From: Felis catus
Taxonomy: Eukaryota
DNA length: 64,000 bases
NCBI RefSeq assembly: GCF_018350175.1
Contig: NC_058368.1
Span: 173,602,001 to 173,666,000 of the forward strand
Direction of reading: 5' to 3'
Shown in pieces: positions 54,401 through 64,000 of this stretch. Below the pieces are notes generated by a model. It made no database searches. It was not told where the DNA came from and saw only the letters and a list, made by a program, of their open reading frames with translations. Within the stretch, counting starts at the first letter, position 1; each line of letters starts with the position of its first letter. The translations under genes were made by a program, and so were the position numbers.

Positions 54401-57400
54401 AGAGTCTGTGAGTTCAAGCCCCGCATCGGGCTATGTGCTGACAGCTTAGAGCCTGGAGCCTGCTTCAGATTCTGTGTCTCCCTCACTCTCTGCCCCTCCC
54501 CTGTTCATGCTCTGTCTCTGTCTCAAAAATAAATAACATTAAAAAAAAAAAAAAAAAAAGAAAGAAAGAAAAAGATGACTGGATCCAGCATCCTGAAGCC
54601 CACCTATCCCCAAATATTCTCTCCAAGTCAGGCTCAAGGCACAAAGCCAAAGAGAGGCTAGAGTAGCCAGGGGGCTTCAAGGATGCCGGGGGAGGTAATG
54701 AACTGACTAGATCTTAGAAGTTTTCATCACAAGAATAAAGTCTGTAACTATGTATGTTGAGATAGTAACCAGACTTACTGTGGTGATTATTTTGCAATAT
54801 ATAAAAATAATCATTATGTTGTGCAACTGAAACTAATAACGTTACATGTCAATTATACCTCAATAAAAAACATTTTTTTAAGTTTATTGAGAGAGAGAGA
54901 GAGGATGAGAGAAGCAGAGAGAGAGAGGGAGACAGAGAATCCCAAGCAGCCATCCAGGTGCACCAAGAAAAAACATTTTTAATTAAAACAAATAAAAATT
55001 AAGACTAGACCTCAAAAAAAGAACTGAAGAAAAGTGATGCCTCTCAGAAAATTGTGCGTGAAAGGGTCTACTAACTACATTAAAAAGACCATTCGTAGCG
55101 TGGCTTGGATGGCTCAGCCAGTTAAGCGTCTGACTCTTGACTTCAGCTCAGGTCATAATCTCACATTTGGTGAGCCACATTTCTTGATAAACACCTAGCT
55201 GTCAACAGTGGTTACTTCTCAGAAAGAAGGAATAGAAAGGAGGTGGGGGGTTGGATAGGGATGAAATGTAAGCAACATCGAGCCCCACACATTGGGCTCT
55301 GCACTGACAGTGTGGAGCCTGCTTGGGATACTCTTACTCCCTCTCTCTCTGCCCCTTCCCTGCTTGCACAGGTGTGCGTGCATGTGTGTTCTCTCTAAAA
55401 ATAAACTTAAAAAAAGACCGTAAGAAACTTAAAAAAAAAAAAGTGCAAGACAGATCAATAGATTTCAACGTAAAAGAGAATGAAAAGTTCCTTGGTATGG
55501 TTTCAAATTCCATATTACAACTAACCTTTAAGAAACTTATCACACTATCAAAGAACATCCATGGTTATCTGAAAAGGCTATTGAAATACTCTTCCCATTT
55601 CCAACTATATCTTATGTGAAACTGGATGTTCCTCATACACTTCAAAACTACGCATCATGGAGTGCCTTGGGTGGCTCAATCGGTTAAGCGGTCCACTCTT
55701 GATTTTAGTTCAGATCATGATGGTTCATGAGTTTGAGCCCGTAACAGGCTCCCCTTGACAGCATGGAGCCTGCTTAGAATTTTCTCTCCCTCTCTCTCAA
55801 AATAAACAAACTTAAAAAAAAATTTTTTTAATTTAAAAATAAAATTATGTATCACAAGAGATCAGAGGCAGAAGCAGATAAGAAAATCTAGTTTTTTCTC
55901 TTTATTTTTTACTTATTTTTAATGTTTGTTTATTTTTGAGACAGAGTGCAAGTGGGGGAGGGGCAGAGAGAGAGGGACACACAGAATCTGAAGCAGGCTC
56001 CAGGATCTGAGCTGTCAGCACAGAGCTCAAACCCACAGACCATGAGATCATGACCTGAGCCAAAGTTGGACGCTCAACTGACTGAGCCACCCAAGCGTCA
56101 CAGTTTTTTTCTCTATTTAGCCAAACATTAAAGAGATTTGCAAAAATTTATGTTAACATGTAATGAGTTTATTATTTTTAAGATGAACTAAAAAATTTTT
56201 GTTTTAATTTGTAATATGTTAATATATCAACTGATATAACCCACATATAAAAAGCTCTATGGAGGTTCCCAATAATTTTTTTTTTTTTAAGTTTACTTAT
56301 TTTGAAAGAGAGAGTCACAGAGAGAGCACGTGCACAAGTGGGGGTGGGGCACAGAGGGAGAACAGAGGATGGAGACGGGCTCTGTGCTGACAGCAGAGAG
56401 CCTGATGTGGGGCTCAAACTCACTAACAATGAGATCATGACCTGAGCCCAAGTCAGACACTTGACTGACTGAGCCACCTAGGTGTCCTGATTCCCAATAA
56501 TTCTTTTTTTTTCATGTTTATTTATTCTTGAAAGTCAGAGAGACCATGAGTGGGGGAGGGGCAGAGAGAGAGGAAGACACAGAATCTAAAGAAGGCTCCA
56601 GCCTCTGAGCTGTCAGCACAAAGCCCAATGCAGGGCTCAAACCCATGAACCGCGAGATCCTGACCTGAGCCGAAGTTGGATGTCTAACCAACTGAGCCAC
56701 CCAGGCACCCCCAGGTTCCCAATAATTCTTAAGTATAAAGAGTGACACCACAAAGTCTGAGAACCTCTGGTTTATTTCGGGGAAAATATACATAGAGTTT
56801 TAGACAGGCATAAAAGTATGTGGAAACAAATAAAAAATTGTTAATATCACTATGTTGGAGATTTAGGACTAAAAGATTGCAGTAGGAAAGTGATCCGAAT
56901 GGGATTTTTTTTCATATTTCATCTTAGGCTTTAAACTTTTTAAAACTAGAATTATTTTAATATAGTTCATGTATTATTTTTATGAGTTACCGAAACAGAT
57001 TTAAGTGAAAAAAGCTGTAAAGGTGGCATAATCCCACCTGTGTAACAAGAAAATTATACTTCAATTTATGTAGTCATCTAAATGCATATAAAAAGTCTGA
57101 AAGGTGGGGCATTGGGTGGTTCAGTCAGTTAAGTGTATGACTTTGGCTTAGGTCATGATCTCACGGTTTGTCGGTTCGAGCCCCACATCAGAATCTGTGC
57201 TGACAGCACAGAGCCTGGAGCCTGCTTCAGATCCTGTCTCTCCCTATCTTTCTCTGCCCTTCCCCAACTTGCGTGCACACGTGTGCGTGCGTGCCCTCTC
57301 TCCAGTATATAAAAACATTAAAAAAAACTTAGAAAGTCTGAAAGGCTATACACTAAAACTTAACACCAGCTATCTAAGAAGTGGTGGAATTAAGGGAGAA

Positions 57401-60400
57401 CACTTACTTCCTTTTTTATTTATTTATTTATTTTTTACAGCTTTAATTCTTTAAGTTTTTTGGAATTCTTTGTGTGGGTATGCACATGTGCAGTTATTTT
57501 TGCAAAAAGCTTCTAATATTTTGATAAGTTGTTTCCTATTAAAGGATGGTTGACATTATACCAGGTAACTGAAAATCAATAAAGAAAAGCAGTGGGGTGG
57601 CTGGGTGGCTCAGATGGTTGAGCGTCCAACTCTTGGTTTTGGCTCAGGTCATAATCACATGGTTTGTGGGTTCAAGCGCCAGGTCAGGCTCTTCACTGTC
57701 AGTGCAGACTGCTTAAGATCCTCTGTCTCCCTCTCTCTCTGCTTTCCCTATTCCCCAAAATAAATAAATAAACATTAAAAAAAAAATAAAGAAAAGCAGG
57801 GGCAACAGTATTAATCCATCAAAGTAGAATTTAAACAAAAAGCATCATCTGATATTAAAAGATATTATAAAAAAACTCTAACAGCCACTTGTCTTTCTGT
57901 GTCAAATAAAGTAGTCAAACTATACAAGAGTAAGGAAGTATTTCCCCGAAAATAGACATAAAATGTATTAATGCTTTTTATCTGCACCATGGACTGCCCT
58001 TTCACAGCATGTACAAAAAATAAGCATTTCTTTGATATATTTGTTTTTAACACTGGAAAAGCATATACATATATTTCCAGCACATATAAGAAGGTCCGGA
58101 AGGACATACATTAAAACATCAAACGTGGTTATTTTAAGTGTGATTACCAAGAACTTTCATTTTCAATTTTATCAACTCTTGTGTTTCAAATTCTGGGAAG
58201 ACATGTATTATTTTTATAATTAGGAAAAAAACATCATCAGTAAGAAATAAAGAAATCTATGAAACCACATTCAAGTTCATCATGTCCAGTAGTCTCATTA
58301 AGTAAACAGAAAAGAAATAGCAAATTTTAATTATACATGTAATAAGCTTGACTGAATACAGACACGAACCTTTATCCAATAAAAACCCACATTCCTTGAT
58401 AAACATCTAGTTGCCAACAGTGGTTACTTCTCAGAAAGAAGGAATAGAAAGGTAGGGTGTTGCACAGGGATGACATGTAAGCAACTTACACGGGGTTTAA
58501 GTTTATCCATATTTGTTTCAAAGAAATTTTAAACAAGTAGTGCAAAATGTCTGGCTTTCAGGAGCTGGATGGAAGGTACGTGGTTGTTCCCCTTATCTCT
58601 ATTTTCTCTAAGTTTAAAACATTTAATTAAAAAAATATATTTCATAATGTTAATGGAACATTATTAAGCTGTAAGGACCTCGGGGCGCCTGGGTGGCTCA
58701 GTCGGTTGAGCATCCGACTTTGGCTCAGGTCATGATCTTGAGGTTCTTGAGTTTGAGCTCCGTGTTGGACTCTGTGCTGACAGCTCGGAGCCTGGAGCCT
58801 GCTTCGGATTCTGTGTCGCCCTCTCTCTCTGCCCCTTTCCCGCTCATGCTCTGTCTCTCTGTGTCTCTCAAAAAATAAACGTTAAAAAAAAAAAAAACTT
58901 TTTTTAAATAAAAAAAAAAGCTGTAAGGATCTCAATAAATACCTATATGAAATAAAATGAAAGACTGATATGAAAAGGTAAACAAAAAACAAAAGAACGA
59001 GCTACTACAAACTCCAAATATGTTCCACCCTTGGGTCAAAGAAGAAAATCAAAACTTTAAAAATGTATTTTCTTCTGAAAATTCACAGCCTTCAATGCAA
59101 GGAAGAATACAAATAAATTAACCAAGCTATAAAAATCAAATGCTAAGAAAAAGAATATGAATCTACAAAAGGGTGAACAGATTTTTCTTAAAAAAATAAA
59201 AAAGAAAGAAGAAAATAAGAACTGATAAATACAAGAGCTTTTTATAAACCAAACACATTAAAATAAACCAGTCTCCAGCAAGTCTCATTTAAAAAAATAC
59301 ATATATAATAAAAACAATGAGAGGATAATAGAACAGATACAAAAGAGAGTAGCAAACATGCTACTTTGTATAGCCTATGCTAAAAACCTTGGAAATATCT
59401 AAGAAAAAAGCATCTCCTAGGAAAGCTCATCAAGAAACATGTAATGTAGCTAAGAGGTGCCTGGATGGCTCAGTTGGTTAAACATTCAACTCTTGATTTT
59501 GGCTCAGGTAATGATCTCACAGTTCATGGGATCAAGCCCCAAGTCAGGCTTCACACTGACAGCATCAAGATTCTCTCCCTCTCACTCTGCCCCTTCCCCG
59601 CTCACTCTCTCGAAAATAAGGAAACTTAAAAAAAATAAATAAATAAAAAGATGTAACAAAGAAATTGTGAATGATGGGGAAAACATGAAAAAGTTAATAG
59701 AGAACTGGCAGAAACAAAGTTTCAAGTGCTTTCTTTCAAATCTGCGCTATATATATACCCTTCTCAATTCATTTTATCAAGCCCGTGATCTAATAAAGCC
59801 ACCTTATGCTTGAAATAAAAATCTAACAAGGAGATAGCACAAAATCATCATACAGATCATCATTTCCTCTGCCTGAAATGCAGAAAATCCCCCCAAGATT
59901 TTCACATTCATCATCCCTTTTCATTATTTGGGTGTCAGCTCAAATACAACCTCCTCAGAAATGCCTTTCTTTACCATCCTATTTATTTTTTAAATGTTTA
60001 TTTATTTTTGAGAGAGAGAGAGCAAGCAGGGTAAGGGCAGAGAAAGGACAGAGGATCTAAAGCAGGCTCTGCACTGACAGCAGAAAGCCTAATGTGGAGC
60101 CTGAATTAACGAACCGTAAGATCATGACCTGAGCCAAAGTCGGGGGCTCAACCAACCGAGCTACCCAGGTGCCCCTTCACCACCTTATTTAAAATAACTT
60201 CCCAGATCCTGTTACATTTCGTACACTCATCTTATTCACAGCATTTATTACAAATTGAAATTATCTAGAATTTCATGATATCTAGAATTTCATGGGAGTA
60301 GGCTATTAGTCTTGTTCTCTGGTATAATTCCAGAGCTTAAAAGTTTGTTGCAAAGTTTAGGAATACATTTTCAGAAATCTAGCACCCAATTCAAATAACA

Positions 60401-61201
60401 TACTATAATTAAAACACAGTAATCTCACCAGATATCATATGAATATACTAAGGTTGGAAGACAATCAGCAGATATTTATTGAGAGTCTATGATGTGCTGG
60501 GATCAGTTTTAGATGCTCTTAGGAAGACAGCAGTTAACAAAACCAAATATATATATTTCTACTTGCATGGAGCTTAAATTCTAGTGATTTGTCTCCAAAC
60601 AACAACTAACATCACACTCAATAATAAAACATCAGAGGCATTATAGGGTGGACAAGATGTTTGCTATTACCATTATTAATTGACATTGTTAGGACGTTCT
60701 AGCAATTCAATGATCAAGTAAGAGTAACAAAAGATCTATATACTGAAAAAAATCATTGAATTGCAGATGATACAACTACCTAGAGAATCCAAAAAAAAAA
60801 AAATATGAAATATGTAATAAGAAAGTTCACATTAAGGTATCCGGTTACAAACCAAATATATAAAAACCAACTTTTTCCAAAGAGCCACTGAGAAAAAAAT
60901 AAGAGGGAGGGACACTACACAGAAGGATCTGGTCACCATCTTTTATAAAATTTTATAATAAAGCTTTGATCATAATTTTTATCTTCCCCACAAATCTTTT
61001 TAAGATTAAAGAGTTGTAAATTAAAAAAAATTTTCTACGAGAAGAAAGGATTTCTGTTGTGGAAAAATACATGTCTTTGGTTCACTATCAAACTAGGGGG
61101 AAAAAATAGGCTCAGAACGAATCATACTATACCTCTATGTTCCAGTTATGCTGTTCCAAGGTATGGCGACATTGATCCATAGATTCTATGCCAGTCAGAT
61201 C
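32705..61201 (-). CDS. FAF2: FAS-associated factor 2 (UBXD8), coding exons 2-11; exon 1 lies beyond the window end
   Basis: Ten exons total 1275 nt with consistent phases. The translation [35 protein letters not shown]...[18 protein letters not shown] matches recalled FAF2 (UBA, hairpin, UAS, coiled coil, UBX). Confidence 0.97.
33181..33578 (+). mobile_element. Two tandem Can-SINEs
   Basis: Heads at 33181 and ~33375, each with an A-rich tail. Confidence 0.88.
33600..34870 (-). mobile_element. Ancient L1MC/L1ME-type 3' fragment
   Basis: Degraded antisense L1 3'UTR-like motifs (ctttgatcacttcattaaggtggtg, catttctccaaggagccctggttc). Confidence 0.55.
37648..37791 (-). CDS. FAF2: FAF2 exon 10 (UBX start)
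   Basis: Encodes [48 protein letters not shown]; donor |gtaagg. Confidence 0.95.
38035..38259 (+). mobile_element. Can-SINE
   Basis: TSD aaaaaatggctaaaag. Confidence 0.92.
38738..38909 (-). CDS. FAF2: FAF2 exon 9 (coiled coil)
   Basis: Encodes [28 protein letters not shown]...LAEERRRR; donor |gtaatg. Confidence 0.95.
39413..39460. repeat. (GA)n microsatellite
   Basis: Pure GA run. Confidence 0.97.
39906..40083 (-). CDS. FAF2: FAF2 exon 8
   Basis: Encodes [21 protein letters not shown]...YLVSERLE; donor |gtacag. Confidence 0.95.
41209..41463 (+). mobile_element. Can-SINE with (AAAAT)n tail
   Basis: Consensus body; TSD aggccctgg. Confidence 0.88.
41745..41836 (-). CDS. FAF2: FAF2 exon 7
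   Basis: Encodes [30 protein letters not shown]; donor |gtaagt. Confidence 0.95.
41952..42037 (-). CDS. FAF2: FAF2 exon 6
   Basis: Encodes [28 protein letters not shown]; donor |gtaagt. Confidence 0.95.
43637..43775 (-). CDS. FAF2: FAF2 exon 5
   Basis: Encodes [46 protein letters not shown]; donor |gtcagt. Confidence 0.95.
44130..44350. mobile_element. MER3/MER33-like non-autonomous hAT element
   Basis: Typical motifs gtagccacatgtagctat, aaaattcag and ttccattatcacagaaagtt, flanked by tctaga. Confidence 0.6.
46309..46385 (-). CDS. FAF2: FAF2 exon 4 (membrane hairpin)
   Basis: Encodes [25 protein letters not shown]; acceptor ttcag|; donor |gtatgt. Confidence 0.95.
46700..46920 (-). mobile_element. 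Can-SINE
   Basis: Consensus; TSD attctttcctttt. Confidence 0.93.
47334..47560 (+). mobile_element. Young felid Can-SINE
   Basis: Consensus; TSD agaataccccaaag. Confidence 0.95.
48608..48742 (-). CDS. FAF2: FAF2 exon 3 (GC donor)
   Basis: Encodes [24 protein letters not shown]...SRPQPR; donor AGG|gcaagt. Confidence 0.93.
49275..49930. mobile_element. LTR remnant, MER21-like
   Basis: The motif aaaactctggacactgaagctgaggtaagcttccctgactggcaatact resembles recalled MER21-family LTRs. Confidence 0.5.
50713..50936 (+). mobile_element. Can-SINE in L1
   Basis: TSD aaagacagatatt. Confidence 0.92.
51595..53175 (+). mobile_element. Younger 5'-truncated L1 (felid/carnivore type), ORF2 C-terminal remnants
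   Basis: ORFs 51718-52026, 52033-52314, 52442-52627 and 52679-53092 are broken L1 ORF2 ([31 protein letters not shown]...WKEPKCPS). TSD aaaatggtaaactttt 51579-51594 / aaaatggcaaactttt 53176-53191. Confidence 0.92.
53615..56770 (+). mobile_element. Charlie1-like hAT DNA transposon remnant, fragmented by later insertions
   Basis: Segments 53.62-53.89, 55.44-55.65, 55.85-55.89, 56.10-56.27 and 56.71-56.77 kb resemble the recalled Charlie1 consensus (aaagtgcaaga..., ctaacctttaagaaact, gaaaaggctatt, gcagaagcagat, attaaagagatttgcaaaaa). Confidence 0.7.
53891..55439 (+). other. TSD-flanked polyadenylated retro-insert of unknown non-coding source
   Basis: 19-bp direct repeats at 53872-53890 and 55440-55458 (1 mismatch); A-tail 55431-55442; ATTAAA 55079-55084. 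Confidence 0.7.
54337..60175. mobile_element. Dense Can-SINE cluster in FAF2 intron 2 (copies near 54337+, 54875-, 55097+, 55658+, 55900-, 56276-, 56505-, 57106+, 57594+, 58682+, 59455+, 59980-)
   Basis: Repeated tRNA-derived heads (gggtggctcagtcggttaagc...), (CT)n and A-tails. Confidence 0.88.
61133..61201 (-). CDS. FAF2: FAF2 exon 2
   Basis: Encodes [23 protein letters not shown]; acceptor ttcag|; donor |gtatag. Confidence 0.94.
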
Positions 61202-61508
61202 CTGAAAAGAAGGAAAAACCAAAAAGTTACTTAGGGAAAAATCATCAGTAAATATGTAGATATTTTTACCCCTAATACTTATGAATGTTGTGGGGAAACT
61301 ACACTGAAAAGTACTGAAGGTAAATGCTCCAGTATGGTAAAAACTTCACTGTTCAGAATTTATCCAGTCTGTTATAGCAGGTATTACTGCCATAGAACAA
61401 AAACATGGAGTTTCTTACCCTTTAAAACCTCAAGGCTTTCAATTAAGATGATTATTGATTAAAATCAATTTCTCCTCTCAAACTGAAGTTTAAAAACTTA
61501 AAGATTTT

Positions 61509-62719
61509 GGGGCACCTGGGTAGTTCAGTAGGTTAGGCGCCCAACTTCAGCTCATGTCATGATTTCACGGTTCGTGGGTTCGAGTCTCATGTGGGGCTCT
61601 GTGCTGACAGCTCAGAGCCTGGAGTCTGCTTCAGATTCTCTGTCTCCTCTCTCTGCCTTTCCCCTGCTCATTCTCACTCTCTCAAAAATACACGTTAAAA
61701 AAAAAATTATAAAGGTTTCTTCAACCACTAGGTCTAGAAAAATATGTTGAATATTGTTAATGTTCAACAAAAATTCTGTTAATACATAATAAAATAATAC
61801 AAGTTTCCTGCAAAATACCATCCCCTTTTTTTAGATTTTTTACTATTTTTGAGAGAGACAGAGACAGAGTGCAAGCAGGGGAGGGACAGAGAGAGAGGGA
61901 GACACAGAAACCAAAGTAGGCTCCAGGCTCTGAGCTGTCAGCACAGAGCCCCATGCGGGGCTTGAACTTATGAGCCGTGAGATCATGACCTGAGCGGAAG
62001 TTGGATGCTTAACTGAATGAGTCACCCAGGCACCCCAAATGTCATTTTACCTACTGTCATATAACCTACCTTATAATACGAACTGTGTGTAAACTATTTT
62101 CTTTTAATTAAAAAAAAATTGAGAGAGAGCACACATGAGTGGGGGAGGGGCACAAAGGGAGAGAGAGAGAATCCCAAGCAGGCTCCACATTGTCAGCACA
62201 GAGTCCGAGGCAGGGCTCGATCCCATGAACTGAGAGATCATGACCTGAGCCGAGGTCAAGAGTCAGACGCTTAACTGAGCCACCCAGGTGCCCCAAAACA
62301 TTTTATTTAAAAAAGTCTGTTGGGGCACCTGGGTGGCTCAGTCAGTTGGGCGTCCGACTTTGGCTCAGGTCATGATCTCACAGTCCGTGAGTTCGAGCCC
62401 CGCACTGGGCTCTGTGCTGACAGCTTAGAGCCTGGAGCCTGTTTCAAATTCTGTGTCTCCCTTTCTCTCTGTTCCTCCCCCACTCATGCTCTCTCTTTCC
62501 ATCAAAAATAAATAAAAAACATTAAAAAAAATTTTTTTAATAAAAAAAGTTTGTTACTCATGTTTCCCTATGAAAAGTATTTCCCCTACCCTCTTCTCCT
62601 TGGACTATTCTCAGGTTTCACTTTGTTTCTTCTCTGGCTCCTCTTCTACCTCTCTTAAATGGAATTTCCCTATGGATGTGTCCCTGATTTTTGTCTCTCT
62701 ATACCTCCCTCCCTGGCAA

Positions 62720-62790
<71 letters not shown>

Positions 62791-63027
62791 AGAGAGAGTG
62801 AGTGGGAGAGAGGGGCAGAAGGAAGGAAGGAGGGAGGGAGGGAGGAAGAGAGGGAGGGAGGGAGGAAGAGAGGTTGGGGGGGAGCGAGCGAGCGAGCGAG
62901 AGAGAGAGAGAGAGAGAGAGAATATTTTAGGATCCATGCTCAGTGGGGAGTCCAACATGGGGCTCAATCTCAGGACCCGAGCTGAAATCAAGTCGGACAC
63001 TTAACTGACTGAGCCACCCAGATGCCC
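61509..63027. mobile_element. Can-SINE cluster in FAF2 intron 1 (61509+, 61825-, 62110-, 62322+, 62790-)
   Basis: Consensus heads and bodies in both orientations. Confidence 0.9.
62724..62787. repeat. (TA)n microsatellite at a SINE tail
   Basis: Pure AT run of about 64 bp. Confidence 0.97.
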
Positions 63028-64000
63028 TGGCAATGTCATTTAATCCTTAGACTTCAACCACCCTTTCTACTCAGATGACTCCTAAACAATTTCTGGGCCC
63101 GCCATCTCTTCTGAAGTTTAGCAGCACATTTCCAATAGCCTATTCAACATTTTCACCCACATGTGGCATCAGTACCTCAAATGCATCATTTAAAACCACT
63201 ACATATGTTAATGACACTATCACCCTCCAAAATATATAGGCAAAGATGACATCTGGAACCTCAGCTTCATTTTTGAGTATTCTATTCCCTTGAATTCCAC
63301 GCTTCATCAGCAATAAAGTTCTGGCCATTTTCTATATACATCTGTAACCACATTTCCCTTCTCACAGCCAGCATCTTTAATCAACACTTCAAGTGAACTG
63401 TCAAAATAATTCTTCTCTCTCCTTCTAACTATTCTTCCTATCATGTATATGTGTGTGCATGCATGTATGTGTATCACTCCTTGGCTCAAAACTTTTCAGT
63501 TGATTGGATAATACATTCCAAAATCTTTAGCTTAACATTCAAGTACTCCTATAATGTGGCCCCAGCCTCTCTTTCTAGATTATTTGCTAACTGTTTCCCT
63601 TTTGGTGTCCAATACTTAATAAATCTAACAGTTCATATGTACATCTAATGACCAGAATTTCCACAAAGCTAAATCCTAGACTTTTTTTTGAGGACTAATA
63701 CAAAAGCCAAATCCATCCATCCATCCATCCTTTCATGTAACAAATGTCTATTGTTACTGTCTATTCTGTGTGTTATTTACTACATCCAAGAGATACGGAG
63801 ATGATAATGGAGATGATACAGTCTCTATGCTCAAGAAATTTCTCCTAACAACCAGCAAGCAACAGAAGAAAGACATTGATCTCAATCTCACAAAAATGTG
63901 TTAACATGCACTTCTGAATCAGGAGCCTAAGGTTCTTACATTGATTCTGACCCCATAACCATGGACCAGACACATTTTAACTCTTTAGGATTTAATTCTA

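Noticed and set aside
54337..63027. Recurring similar sequences and repeated ORFs ([16 protein letters not shown]...) as a CRISPR-like array or gene family
   Set aside because: They are dispersed Can-SINE copies and their translations; spacing is irregular and the context is eukaryotic.

Overview
Mammalian genomic DNA, very probably from a felid, judged from abundant tRNA-derived Can-SINEs of the SINEC_Fc type. Two intron-containing genes converge. RNF44 (RING-H2 E3 ligase) is on the + strand and complete: CpG-island promoter ~2.6-4.4 kb, 10 coding exons 8353-11596 giving 431 aa, 3'UTR to AATAAA at 13944. FAF2/UBXD8 (p97/VCP adaptor) is on the - strand: coding exons 2-11 at 61201-32705, exon 1 outside the window, 3'UTR to about 29.63 kb. 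The intergenic gap and the FAF2 introns are mostly Can-SINEs, nested L1s, a Charlie1-like DNA transposon and old LTR/L2/MIR remnants. I see no evidence of a new biological system. The most notable unexplained structures are: a TSD-flanked, polyadenylated ~1.55 kb retro-insert of an unidentified non-coding transcript in FAF2 intron 2; a 102-bp locally templated insertion inside a SINE; a TOMM7 processed pseudogene inside an L1; a GC-AG intron in FAF2; and an unusual start-codon arrangement in RNF44. Gene and repeat names come from recalled sequences, not database searches. Repeat boundaries are approximate.
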